A stretch of 64,000 nucleotides of DNA. Origin: Octopus vulgaris (taxonomy: Eukaryota). The DNA lies in NCBI GenBank assembly GCA_951406725.2, contig OX597817.1, positions 30,566,001-30,630,000 of the forward strand. Direction: 5' to 3'. The translations under genes were made by a program, and so were the position numbers. This document shows positions 50,883-64,000 of the stretch, one piece after another. Position 1 is the first letter of the stretch; each line of letters begins with the position of its first letter. The notes beneath the pieces were generated by a model. That model searched no databases. It was not told the DNA's origin and saw only the letters and a list, made by a program, of their open reading frames with translations.

Positions 50883-51579
50883 CATATATATATTTCAGAA
50901 TGCTGTTTATATTTCACACATTTTCATACACTCATTACATCTTCCTTAAAGTTACTAAATCCAGCAGTATTTAGTAATGTTATTACTCGATCTCATTTTA
51001 ACATAAAAAATATATATAAATGACAACTCAGGCAATGATATTGCACCAAAGTTAATGTCTCATATTATGAAGTATATATTTAAAGTATTTTATAATATCA
51101 CAAAGAAAATTTTTTTCAGTTATTGTAGCACTTTTACTCCCTGCAGCAATAACCATTTTGTTAATTGTCTTAATATTTTTACAGCTTTGAAAATTGTTAA
51201 TTAGTTTGTTGTAAACTCCACAGTGAAAATATTCATTAATATATAATAACATTTTCACATAGAAGTATATATCAGTATATTTGATAGAAATAGCATTATA
51301 TTAGACTGAATGTCCCATGGTATTCAGTTGAATTATCATTAGCATATTCAGTGTAGGAAGCATCAGCAATCTAATTAGACATAATTATATAGTAATGAAT
51401 AAATATTAGCCTAATTATTGATATAATATTAAGCTCAGCATGTAAGGGATACAACTCAGGACTAGATTCAGTCCTATTACTCTTTCTATTGAAAGCATTG
51501 ACTTCCTAATACAAGTCAAAAGAGTAAAGAGAAATTCACTAATTACCCAGTGCACAATAAATGAAAAAATAAATGCTCC

Positions 51580-51820
51580 CTTTTAAAGCCTAGCCAGGCT
51601 CATGGGCCTGGTTTCCCGGTTTCAATGGCATATGTGTTCCCCAGCTGGATGGGATGCCAGTCCATCGCAGCGTTACTCATTTTTGCCAGATGAGTCGACT
51701 GGAGCAATGTGAAATGATGTGTTTTGCTCAAGAACACAACGCGTCGCCCGTCCAGGAATCGAAACCACAATCTTATGATCATGATGCTGACACCCTAACC
51801 ACTAAGCCACGTGCCCTCAC
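51580..51820 (-). mobile_element. tRNA-derived SINE family E
   Basis: Minus-strand head GGCACGTGGCTTAGTGGTTAGGGTG...GGTTTCGATTCC. Confidence 0.8.
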
Positions 51821-53019
51821 AGTGCACAATACTGCAGACAAGTAAGCATAAGCAAATAGCTATTTAAAAATAATTTATTGAAGTTAATTACTAAGAAATA
51901 CCATTTGCTTATACATTAGTTTTAATGCTGGTGTCACTCATGGCCAATGCTGGTATCATGTAATTGACACCTGTGCTGGTGGCACATAAAAAGCACTTTT
52001 CGAGCATTGAGCCTCATGAAAGCAAAGTGGCCAATGCTAGTGGCATGTGCAAAGGTCCTTTCAAGTGTTGGGCCTCACAGAGGCAATGACGAATGACCAA
52101 GACGTTTGTCCTTATGTTGTGCTTGAGAAGAAGACTCATCAAGCCAAGCAAAATCACAGTCATAGCAGATACTGGTGTCGCATAAATGGCACCGGTGCCA
52201 GTGGCATGTAAAAGCACCCATTGCCCTCTCAGAGCGGTTGCTGTTAGGAAGGGTAGCCAGCCATAGAAAACCATGCCAAATCAGATTGGAGTCTGGTGCA
52301 GCCTTCCAGCTTGCCAGCCCTGGTCAAACAGTCCAGCATGGACAACGGACGTTAAATGACGATGATCATTATCTCTGGATTTTGAGTTCAAACCCTGTAG
52401 ATGTTGGCAATGCATTTTATTTTCTTTTACAAATCTGAGGCCTTCAAACTGAGTCACTGGAAGAATTATATTTTTACCAATATTTTTATATTTTATAAAG
52501 AAATATATTAGCTATGCCTTTTCTAAATTTACATGAATTTTACCATTCAGTTTAACATGGTTTCTTTGACAAAGAGATGTCAAAATTAAAAGTCACTGGT
52601 ATAAAAGTATCATCCACTTTCATGCTGTGACTAAATAAACAGCTTTCTACACCTAATTAAGGATTAAGGTGAATTAACCAAAGGGTTAAACTTGTGCCAC
52701 TATTGAAAAAAAACATATATTACAATAATGATGATGGTGGTGTATCAACACTGTCACAAATTTGACAAATAATATGATGAGGATTCAGGTATGAGCAATC
52801 CTAAATCTTGCAAAAAGCATTTCTTTTTTAATTTTTTTTTCTAACAATGTATTTTTCTTTATCCATATTGGTTAACTGTACACCAGGTTTAAGCCGTTAA
52901 TACAAAAAGAAAATCACTCAATTTAAAAGCAGATTCATCAGTAATATATGAAAATATTAATTCATTTGCAGCAACATCAGTGTCATCTTTATTTCATGTT
53001 CGTTTTCCATATTGGCAGT

Positions 53020-53290
53020 GGAGGTGCAATGGCCCAGTGGTTAGGGCAGCGGACTCGGGTCAGAGGATCGTGGTTTCAATTCCCAGACCAGGCATTGTGT
53101 GTGTTTATTGAGCGAAAACACCTAAAAGCTCCACAAGGGGTGGTGGCGACCGCTGTTGTACTCTTTCGCCACAACTTTCTCTCACTCTCTCTTTCTGTTT
53201 GAGTAATGCTGTAATAGACCAGCATCTCGTCCAGCTGGGGGGAACACATATGCCACAGAAACCGGGAAACTAGGCTTGAAAAGGGCGACG
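53020..53290 (+). mobile_element. SINE family D head with family-E-like 3' portion
   Basis: Head matches 11377-11759. The 3' part CCAGCTGGGG.AACACATATGCCA..GAAACCGGGAAAC matches the reverse complement of ~51610-51650. Confidence 0.75.
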
Positions 53291-53873
53291 TTTATCGTTC
53301 CATATTGGCATGGTTTGGATGACTTATCACAGTTCAAGTCAGTTCTTATTCAGAGTTCCTTCCCAACAAGATGTGATTATTGGAAGGCATTTTACTCACA
53401 TATTTCATTTTAGCTTTACTTCTAGAACTGGATGCCCTTCTCCACATTAGTCATTGTGTATTTTGGCATAGCACCAGCACTAGAGAGGTGGTTATGTCTT
53501 CAATATGGCAAAACTAAAGGGTCTCCTCAACTTATTTTCTTCTCTGTTCATTCAGCCTTAGAATTCTAGACTTCTATATAAACAAGGAAAATGGGCATAA
53601 GACCTAATTCATAAGTAATATTAATGATGTTGAAGCTGTACAATGGTTGTATAGGTCAAGAATCAGACACAATATCTTGAGGTACTTAGTTACAACTCTT
53701 TATATTCTGATGTCAACTTTGTCTTTCATCTTTCCAGAGTTAATAAAGTAAGATACCAGTGTAGTATTGGATTCAATATAATTTAGAATTCCTTCTTCAA
53801 AAAATTGGAGGTATGCTTTGAAATTTTTCATGAAATTTCTAAGATACATAGAAGGGAAAAAATTATTACACTT

Positions 53874-54290
53874 AGGTGTGGTTGTATGGTAAGAAGTTTG
53901 CTTACCAATCACATGGTTCTTGGTTCAGTCCCACAATGATGAACCTTGAGAGTCATCTATTATAGATTCTGACCAACCAATGCCTTCTGCGTGGATTTGG
54001 TCGACAGAAACTGAAAGAAGCCTGTAGTGTATGTGTGTGGATGTGAATGTGTGTCATTGTATCTGTGCTTGTCCTCCTTCGTTTTAGAACCGGTGTTGAA
54101 GTCTTTACGTCCCTATAACTTAGTGGCTCAACAAAAACCTATGATAGTTGCCAGACATCACTGCCTTAATGTGTCCAAGACTGGGCTTTAAAAAAATAAG
54201 TACTGGGGTTGATCCATTCAACTAAAGTTCTTCAAAGCAATGTTCCAGCATGGCCACTATCTGATAACTGAAACAAGTAAAAGATAAAAG
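53874..54290 (+). mobile_element. SINE A (old, diverged)
   Basis: Family match with many substitutions. Confidence 0.75.
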
Positions 54291-55039
54291 GTAAGCTCAT
54301 GTTTATTTTATTTTGCATGAAAAATTCATGAATCATAGTTTTTTTGGCTACGTATGTGGCAAGTCCCTATCTAAAACTTGAAACTGGAACTGGTTATTTC
54401 TTGCTAAGAAATTTATGGTGAACAACTGGATTCTTTTAATGGACTGATGACATCACCAGGAAGCTAACTAATAATTTTATTTGCTTAAACATCGAACCTG
54501 ACTGCTTTAAATTGAACATTTAAATTTCATAAATGCATTTCATAAATAACATCAGCAGGAAACTAACCAAGCAAGGGTGCTGACTGACATCAGTCAACTA
54601 TAATATGTGGCCTAGAGTGCAGACACCTTAAATAGATGTGAGGAAGAAATATAATTACAGCCGAATATTACATCAGTTGCCAATCTGATATTCATGTTTG
54701 TTTTGACAGTCAAACATGAAGAGCCACAGCCGGAACTACCTGCTCCTAATAATGGCTTCAATTTTTGGTACAAGGCCAATAATTTCTGGGGAGGATGTAA
54801 GTCGATTACATCAAGCCCAGTGCTCAAGTGCTACCTATTTTATCAACCCCAAAAGGGATGAGAGGCAAAATCAACCTCAATGGAATTTGAACTCTGAATG
54901 GTAAGACAGACAAAATGCCACTAAGTATTTTTCTCAGTGTTTTAGTGATTCTGCTAGTCTGCCATCTTATCTGTTCCTAATAATATCAATAATGATATCC
55001 AAAGCTTCATCAACCCTAAAGAAGGAACCCCACTCCTTG

Positions 55040-55300
55040 GATTCCTTCCACCACTGTCTGTCTCTGGCCAGTCTTGACCTTGTAGGCCCCAGGTAGCAGG
55101 TGAGATTATCTTGCTATCTTGCCTTTGGTTGATCTCTTGATATTTTCCATTGACTTGTGGTCCATTCTGTCACCCTGATAGTCCATCTGTTGTCCTTCAT
55201 TTGCATGATATGGCAAGACCATCTCTATTTGTCCTCCTAAACACCAACTAAATCTATATAACCTTACTCTGGTCACTTTCACAGAAACGTTTTTCCTCTC
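55040..55300 (-). pseudogene. Decayed RTE-type LINE C-terminal fragment
   Basis: Translation HIMQMKDNRWTIRVTEW...RDQPKAR. Confidence 0.55.
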
Positions 55301-56118
55301 TGGAGGCATGCATACATAATTACATCATGAAATAAACTTTTGATTTCAACCACCATTAAGAAAAGAACTTTCTTTTCGTTTTCCTGTTTTTCTTTATCCA
55401 GCCATCGTATCTGATTTTATTATATAAACAATAAATAATTTGTGAAGAACTGAAATTTTCACTTCCTTTGTTAACTTAATACATTCAGTTTATTGTTATA
55501 CAAGTTTTTTGATTGGCCGGTCACAGATTCAATGCATTTCTCATGGCAAAAATATCAAAGGAGTTCCTAACTTGATACTGAACAAACACCTCAAGAGACT
55601 TATTTGAAAAACACTATTATCTGTTTGTGTGTGTGTGTGTTTTGTTTCCTTGCCAATGTTTACATTTTTCACTGGTGTGTATTAGTAAAAGAAATTCACA
55701 GATGCCCATACACATAATATGTGTGTGAGTGTGTCTGTGTGTCACATTGAAATAAATGACTACATTCAAGAATAAATTTTTTTTTATATTATTCATTAGT
55801 CCATAATGTTAAGTTTGGAACATTAACTCTCCAAAATCTATTAATCTACTAATGTTCTGAGAATTTCCAATCCTACTTTAAAATAAAGTGTAATTGTTAA
55901 TGGAGTACTGTTTGTGTTCTCTGTGGTAAATCACAAAGGATCTTGGGAATGATTTTATAACTGATAAAAGAAATCATCAACACTAACAATGATGAACCAT
56001 TCAATCCATGGTAGCGTGGAAATTGGATGTAAAATGATGATGAGGATGATGATGACGACTACGATGGCAACAATGGCAATGACGACAACGACGACAACGA
56101 TGACAGCAATGAAGATGG

Positions 56119-56515
56119 TACTCTTTTACTCTTTTACTTGTTCCAGTCATTTGACTGCGACCATGCTGGAGCACCGCCTTTAGTTGAGCAAACCGGCCCC
56201 AGGACTTATTCTTTGGAAGCCTAGTACTTATTCTATCGGTATCTTTTGCCAAACTGCTAAGTTACAGGGACGTAAACACACCACCATCAGTTGTCAAGCG
56301 ATTTGGGGGGAAAAACACGGACACATATACATATATATATATACATATATGCGACAGGCTTCTTTCAGTTTCCGTCTACCAAATCCACTCACAAGGCTTT
56401 GGTTGGTCCGAGGCTATAGTAGAAGACACTTGCCCAAGGTGCTACGCAGTGGGAATGAACCCGGAACCATGTGGTTGGTAAGCAAGCTACTTACCACACA
56501 GCCACTCTTGTGCCT
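56119..56515 (-). mobile_element. SINE A
   Basis: Match to the family. Confidence 0.9.
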
Positions 56516-57475
56516 ACGTGAACTTTCAAAACACAACCATGTATTTTCTTCTTAGTTCATTCCAATCAGGAATCAAATGAAATAGCAGGCTTTGTAAGCC
56601 ATGTTCTTTTGACACTATTTGTTATAAACAATAAGCTAATAATCAAACAGAAAGACAAATACGGAGACAAACAATGATGACCTTTCCTTACATCACTTCA
56701 TATGTAGAAGTGACATCCTCTGCTAAGCAACTTTGAAATTGAACTTCAGCATAGCTACAGTCTGACGTATACCACCCCATGAGAGCTTTTACTAGTTAAT
56801 TTAAATAATCATCACTATTATCGTTGTTTTCATCATCATAATCTCTGCCATCATCCTCATCATTATCATCATTTAATTAGTTTTTCAGTCCTCCTTTCAG
56901 TTTTGATATGCCTGCAGTTATAGCAATAAATTCAGCAAAGCTGCAATTTTTTTCCGCTATTCCTGTTCAATCTCCACTTTTCAATTGATTAAGCTGTTAT
57001 ACACTCCTCCCCTTATCAATTAGTCATTCCCCCCAAGCAAATAAAATTTCCTTAATGTTATTCCCTCTTTTGTATATGACCCCAATGGATAATAGCTGCT
57101 ACAACATTGATCTTAGTTTTCAGCATTATTATTACTATGGCAGTCCCACTTAATTCCCAACTATCATTTTGATGTTTTCTCTATGGAATCCTCTTCAATT
57201 ACAGCTGCCCTCTTAAGGCCTCTTAAATATAACCAGCTATTCTGGGTGGAAGGAAATGTATAATGACAATCAGGATTTCTATTTCTTTCCTTATGGAAAT
57301 AAAGCAACACATCACTTTATTTTCTTAATTTAGTTCTTTTCATTGTTTGAAATATGTTTCAATGTGAGATTGAGCATGTATATAAGATTGCACATGTGTG
57401 GCTGTGCTTTTGCATCTACCAGCAGACTTGCAGTGAACTTAATGTTAAGGAAAACAAAAAAAATATATACATCAT

Positions 57476-57900
57476 AGGTGCAGGAGTGGCTGTAGGTGCA
57501 GGAGTGGCTGTGTGGTAAGTAGCTTGCTCATCAACCACATGGTTCTGGGTTCAGTCACACTGCATGGCATCTTGGGCAAGTGTCTTCTGCTATAGACTCG
57601 GGCCGACCAATGCCTTGTGAGTGGATTTGGTAGATGGAAACTGAAAGAAGCCTGTTGTATATATATATATATATGTGTGTGTGTTTGTGTGTGTGTGTTT
57701 GTGTGTGTGTGTGTTTGTCCCCCTAGCATTGCTTGACAACCGATGCTGGTGTGTTTACGTCCCCGTAACTTAGCGGTTCAGCAAAAGAAACCAATAGAAT
57801 AAGTACTGGGCTTACAAAGAATTAATCCCAGGGTCGATTTGCTCGACTAAATGTGGTGCTCCAGCATGGCCGCAGTCAAATGACTGAAACAAGTAAAAAG
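57476..57900 (+). mobile_element. SINE A with duplicated 18-bp head
   Basis: TAGGTGCAGGAGTGGCTG occurs twice, then the family consensus follows. Confidence 0.9.
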
Positions 57901-58825
57901 AAAAAAAAAAAGACATCATGGTGTTATTCCCTTATTTTTTTATTTGTTTTATTCATTGAACTATGGCCATGCTGGGGTATCACTTTGAACTTTTTTAATC
58001 AATCAAATCAACAACAATGCTTATTTCAAGCCAGGTACTTATCTTCATCATCATCATCATCATCGTTTAACGTTCGTTTTCCATGCTAGCATGGGTTGGA
58101 CAGTTCGACCGGGGTCTGGGAACCCAGGAGGCTGCAGCAGGCACAAGTCTGATCTGGCAATGTTTCTACAGCTGGATGGACCTTCCTAATGCCAACCACT
58201 CCGTGAGTGTAGTAGTAGGTGCTTTTTACATGCCACCAGCATGTGTGTGATTGGGCCAAGCTACTAAGTTACAAAGATCTAAACAAACCAACACTGATTA
58301 CCAAACAGAGAAATGTAAACACAAGGATGCATACACATACACACACAAACAAACACACTAGCACATACACACACACGTGCATGTGGATAAATTTCTGTTC
58401 GTTTTGCTAACAAGCTGATTTTATTTGCTAAATTGCCTGTTCGTTGAATTAATGTAAAAGTAACCAAGTATTTCACAAACACACATAAATTTATCATAAT
58501 TTCCAGGTACAAGCAACATGACACAGTGTGTAACAAGCCTCCGCCTTTGAATTACATGGGCAATGCGTCCGATGAACTTCAATACAGTTTCTGTCCACTA
58601 AGTTTTGCTCGTAAAATACAGGACACGTTGAATTTGTAAAAAAAAAAAATGACATTTGTCCATGATATCATGTAATGGATCAAAGCAGGAGCATGTAGTT
58701 TCAAAGCAATCTTTTTAAACATTCGAACATATATGCAACAAGATTTCACAAGCTTTCAAATGGCGGTGCCCCAGCATGGCCATAGCTCGTGAGCTGAATC
58801 TAGATAAAATAAAATTTTAAAAAAT

Positions 58826-59240
58826 AGGCGCAGGAGTGGCTGTGCGGTAAGTAGCTTGCTTACTGACCACATGGTTCCGGGTTCAGTCCCACTGCATGGC
58901 ACCTTGGGCAAGTGTCTTCTACTATAGCCTCGGGCCGACCAAAGCCTTGTGAGTGGATTCGGTAGACAGAAACTGAAAGAAGCCTATCATATATATGTAT
59001 ATGTATATTTATATGTATGTGTGTGTATATGTTTGTGTGTCTGTGTTTGTCTTCCCAAGATCGCTTGACAACTGATGCTGGTGTGTTTTCATCTCCGTAA
59101 CCTAGCGGTTCAGCAAAAGAGACTGATAGAATAATACTAGGCTTACAAAGAATAAGTCCTGGGGTTGATTTGCTCGACTAAAGGCAGTGCTCCAGCATGG
59201 CCACAGTCAAATGACTGAAACAAGTAAAAGAGTAAAGAGT
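58826..59240 (+). mobile_element. SINE A
   Basis: Match to the family. Confidence 0.9.
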
Positions 59241-59689
59241 ATAGTTTCTGTCTAACAAACTCACAAAATATTGTTAAGCCTGGGACTAAAGCAGAAAATT
59301 TGAACTCAAAAGAACATGATTGTGAAACAAACTTCTTAACCAATCAACCATACCTGTGTTCATTTGAGAATATAACACCAAATAATAGGTTTTTATGAAT
59401 GTTCTGGTTTACTCCCATGTTTGTGTTTTTGCTATCAAATTTGACATGCTGAATATGAAAAGCACATTAGTTTGTTGTTTTTTTTATATATGAACAAAGA
59501 TTTGCATAATAATCATGAAAACACAATATTTATTGTAATACAATTTATTGTAATTTCAACTGCATTATATAATATAATTATAGAAATCGATTAATTATAA
59601 TATAACGAGCAATCATGAATAATGCAACATAGCAGTAGTGGTACAATGGATCAAAAATATCAATAAGCACCAAAGTGAACATTGGACCA

Positions 59690-61531
59690 TCGTTGTCTCT
59701 TGTAACCTCTACTTTCTTCTCAAAGCAGGTCCCAAACTTAATTGCCCATCACCTCGTCATTGTTTCATTTCACCTTCCCCAGTATTGCTTCACCATGAAT
59801 TGTTTGTTGTATTGGAATCGTTCATTATGCTTTTCTGATACAGCTCCAAGATTTGGTAGAAAGAATTGCAAGTGAGAGAACAAATAGTGCAACTTCAGTG
59901 ACATTTATTCCAATGCTTTTGTGACTTTCAATCAATTCTTCAGGTTTGGTAGAAATTTCTAGAAAGATTTGTAGAAATTGGTAGAAATTTGGTAGAAAGA
60001 TTTGGTAGAAAGAATTCCAAGTGAGAGAACAAATAGTGCAACTTCAGTGACATTTATTCCAATGCTTTTGTGACTTTCAATCAGTTCTTCAGATTTGGTA
60101 GAAAGAATTCCAAGTGAGAGAACAAAATAGTGCAACTTCAGTGACATTTATTCCAATGCTTTTGTGACTTTCAATCAGTTCTTCAGTAAGATCTGTTTAA
60201 TTCTTCCCCTTGTTGTTGCCAGAAAATCCATTGAAAAATATTTTTGAATACACTTCAAGTTTTTCTCTTCCACCACAGTCATTTTTGTATCCAGAGTTTT
60301 GGATGTAAGCATCTGCTTCAACTGTACTCCAACAAATACACCAACAGCAATTTTGCGTCAGATAACATTCCAAACATCACACATATGTTGGCTTAGACTT
60401 CACTATTACAATCTAATGCTATGAAGAATTGTTTTATCAAAGTTTTATATGGAGCAGAGGTTGAAGGATTTTCTCCTCAGATACAAGAGTTTGAGCTATA
60501 CATTTTGGGTGCTCATCTACAGGGCTGATCTTTTATACTATTTTCATTTTGCACAATTGTTTTCTCTACCTCTGCTAATCTACAAGCTCAAAAACCAAGT
60601 GTTTTTTATATATTCACCATGCAACCTAAACAAGAATCCTAGCAGCTTGAAATCAATACATGCATCTCACTAGAATCATCATATTTGAGCAACCCTTTAA
60701 TATTTTTGTACTCTTCTTTCAAGTGGATGGAATAACAAACAGAGATAGATGACTAATAGTTGCTCTTTTGTAGAACTACTGTTCTCAAGCTTTCATAGAT
60801 ATATCAATTAACAAATGCCATTAATCACAGGAGTGTCTGAAACCAGTCACTTCAAACAGGCCTCCTACATCAGTATAGAAGAACAGCAACTCAGACAATA
60901 AGTGGAAATACGACAAAGCTGCAGACTTTGTTCGTTACTTAGAAATTTCCACCTTTGGATCCAGTAGATTCCTTTCATTTAATTTGAATACCAACTACCC
61001 TTTACCAGATTTAGTGAGATACTCATTTGTTACAAGGTCATGAAGCTCTTGCTAGCTTTTCATACTATCTTGTTGCTTCCTCTTCTCAATTTTCATCCTG
61101 ATCTGACATGTGAATGTCAACTTTATCTGTTGATTCAAAAATGAGGTGAGCTGGAGCTTGCAATTGTTTTTCCTGTATCACTGGTATAATTGAAGTTGGG
61201 GTGTTTAGATAGATCAAACTATCTTGTAATCCTTTATAAATACATGTGTACTATGAGCATGTAGCAGTTGCTTAAATGGGTTGTTTATTTTTCTGTTCTT
61301 GTCAGATTCTTGAAATAGCAAACATGTATTCCTTGTTGCTACAACTCCATTCCTCTAGTGTACATTTACAACTTCCACAGATTACATGTGAAGCCCATGC
61401 TACAGTACTTTTCATGTGGGATGTAGTAATTGGTACTCTTCAAAACAAAATACTTGACTTGACTCAGTTAATGTAATATCTACACACATAACAAAACAGT
61501 TAGTCAATATCTTGCAGTGTGTAGAAGCCAT
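59690..61531 (-). pseudogene. Decayed Chapaev3-like (CMC superfamily) transposase
   Basis: Broken translation MASTHCK..LFCYVC...AWASHVICGSCKCTLEEW...LSDAK..GVFVGVQL...MSLKLHY..SHLEFF.PNLGAVSEKHNERF...QYWGR. Confidence 0.7.
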
Positions 61532-64000
61532 CATTATCCTATCTCTAACAATTAATCATAAAAACTAATGCACTGCAGTCAAGGGAAATCCATGTGACAT
61601 GAGAAGAATATTGAAAACTTTTGTGATTCTTCCTTTTAATGTTCTTGTGGTACAATTCTTAAAATTTCAAAATACAACTCTACTGAATACTTTTAAAACT
61701 CTGCTCTCATGTACTATTTACAATAAAATGTTCCAGAACAATGAAAAAAAAATACATCATCAAACGTTTTATAAATAAGTAAACATATTTTCCTGGGTTT
61801 GCCAAACAATTTATTGTTTAGCATTCAGCTAATGATATTTCATTGTCAAGTGACTCTTCGTTTATATGAATATTTCAAGAAATTACCATTAAGCAAGTCA
61901 AACATTTTTTTTTTATTCTGGAAGTCTTAGATGGAATGTTACACATGGTAGGAAATAATTCTTGATATAGCTGAGAAACCTGAGAAAATATTGATACTTT
62001 TATGATAAGAATTTAACCCTCATGTTCAGTATTAGGGAAATATACAAGAAACATTAAAAAATGAAGAAAAAGAATTTTCTGTTAAGTACTGTAATTGCAC
62101 GTGTGATTCATTTATTAAAAGGTAAGTATATGATTGATAAGTAAAATGTGTTCCTTGGCTTCAAAACTTGCTAACATTTACTATTTGTGCTTAATTCCTG
62201 AGTAAAAAGATTTGCAACCATATGTGCTTTTTTCTATTGTGTAAAATATTTCAGATACACTTCTATGTTGAAAAGGTAACCAGAAACCCTTTCTTAGTAC
62301 TCTTTTCATGATGCCCTGACAGAGTTACAGGAAATTCCTTTAGGAATGGGAGTGGTTAGGATATTTACTGTTGCAATATTATTTCCCAAGATTGTTATTT
62401 TATGTCAAATGATAACATCAGCAAATCCAGCTTTTTACAAAACTAACTATACTGAAAGATTTCAAACTATTTCTTTTGCCTCGTTTTGTGAAAACCATGA
62501 AATATATTTCCATTATGTGTCTCAGAATGATCTGAATAAAGATTTCTAAGCAGCAGTTACTTGTCAAGCTGTATTTGAATCATTCACAATAGCAATATTT
62601 TTGTTTTTTAAATATTCCTGGTGATACGAGGTATTCCGTGGAATTATTTCCTTTTTATTGTTAAATTTCTTGTGTTCTTTAAACCTTGCTTTTGCTTTCA
62701 AAGTGAATACATACAGGGGTTTTAACTGCAGTGGGTGAAATAAATATATATTGTGATTGGCTTAAAAGAAAAACTTACTGACTGAAGAGAATTGTTTTAT
62801 TGACTGCAGAGAAAATAATGTTGGAAACTTAGAAGGACAGAAATTACATGAATCTTCCACAGGCACATAAGGTCACATAAATTATGATTGATTTGATACT
62901 GAACAGAAAGGCAATAATTTGACTGGGCTGCTTTTATATTTTTTTTATCAAATTGTATAATATCTCAGTAGCTAGGTAACGCACTTCCATAGAAAGATAA
63001 GTTTTATGTGGCAACATATTTGGTATACAACAAGGTTGTCATAAAATTATTTCATATATCAGAGTTGATGGTTGGGGAGACTTAGGTTAATGTTTTTCCA
63101 GGTTTCAAATATTTCCAAGTGTTTGTATGTGTTCTTGATATATTAGTCATATTTCTTACACCACAAATATCACAAATAAATAATATAGCATTCCTTTTCC
63201 TACAAGACAACCACTTATTTTCTACGACTTTAGCTCAGCATTAATTTTTTTTATTTTTGGCTATCCTCAAAATCTCAGCATATGGGCTATAAACATATAT
63301 GGTTATATATAGCAGAGTGCAGAGTATTACATATCAATTTACATTTTTTATTTGAATAATTTAAGTAAAATGTTAGATATAGCAGTCCAAGATTAAATGT
63401 CATAAACATGTGATGATTAACATATTTTTCAAGAAGATTTAGTTTTTAAGTTGTAAGTATTAAGATAAGCTAGTGTAGTTAGTTTTATGTTGCTGGGTTT
63501 TTTTTTTTCAGTAGAGAGTAAAAATTAATCCATTTAAACATTCAAATGGCTGATTTGTTTCTTAGTAGCATGAATGGTAGAACATGAAACTAGATCAGTT
63601 TAATTAAACTCAAGGTACAAAAAATTTGGCTTTGGAGTAAAGATTTTTGCCAACATAACATGGCAGTACTGGTTTAGGACGAATGTTACTGTAATTTAGC
63701 CCCAGGAGACATCGTCTCCAGCTGGCTATACAACACGATCTGTGTCCTTATATTTTCGAACAAGGGAATCTGGCACCCCAACTCAGCTGAAAACAATATC
63801 TCTGTATCGCGATTTCCATTCTATACTTGTTCTCAGTAGTTTACTTTTTGTGTTGTTTGTAAATTCAGTTCTACAGACACACAGACACAGATACACACTC
63901 ACACTCAGAGATACACTCACTGTTATCATCATCGTCATCATCATCATCATTATCATAAGCAGCAGCAGCATTATCATCAGTTAATGCCATTTTCCATGTT

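Noticed and set aside
54700-55075. Possible coding exon after TTTTGACAG (VKHEEPQPELPAP...)
   Set aside because: Interrupted by a SINE B with TSD CCTAATAAT; no donor site or homology recognised.

Overview
AT-rich, microsatellite-saturated eukaryotic DNA, most likely from a coleoid cephalopod (octopus). This is inferred from the tRNA-derived SINE families and repeat load, not proven. No host protein-coding exon can be supported; nearly all listed ORFs are translations of microsatellites. The dominant feature is a young, near-intact Penelope-like retroelement (Neptune-type: RT, Cys-rich linker, C-terminal GIY-YIG) on the minus strand (~21.9-27.2 kb). It has tandem pseudo-LTRs, each carrying a minimal hammerhead-like motif with an unusual CUGUYGA core, and sits in (TA)n/(TATG)n. 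Also present are older Penelope-like fragments forming inverted repeats, a ~1.3 kb non-autonomous LTR element containing a hammerhead-bearing palindromic insert, and decayed mariner, Chapaev3-like, hAT and Tc1-like transposases. There is a non-autonomous Helitron, piggyBac- and Tigger-like MITEs, CR1- and RTE-type LINE 3' ends, and more than 20 SINE or LINE-tail copies. One CpG-rich promoter-like island (~49.4-49.8 kb; NRF1/ETS/YY1-like motifs, ATG-free candidate first exon) is bracketed by a pair of inverted LTR-like repeats. All family assignments come from motif recognition by eye; no database search was run.
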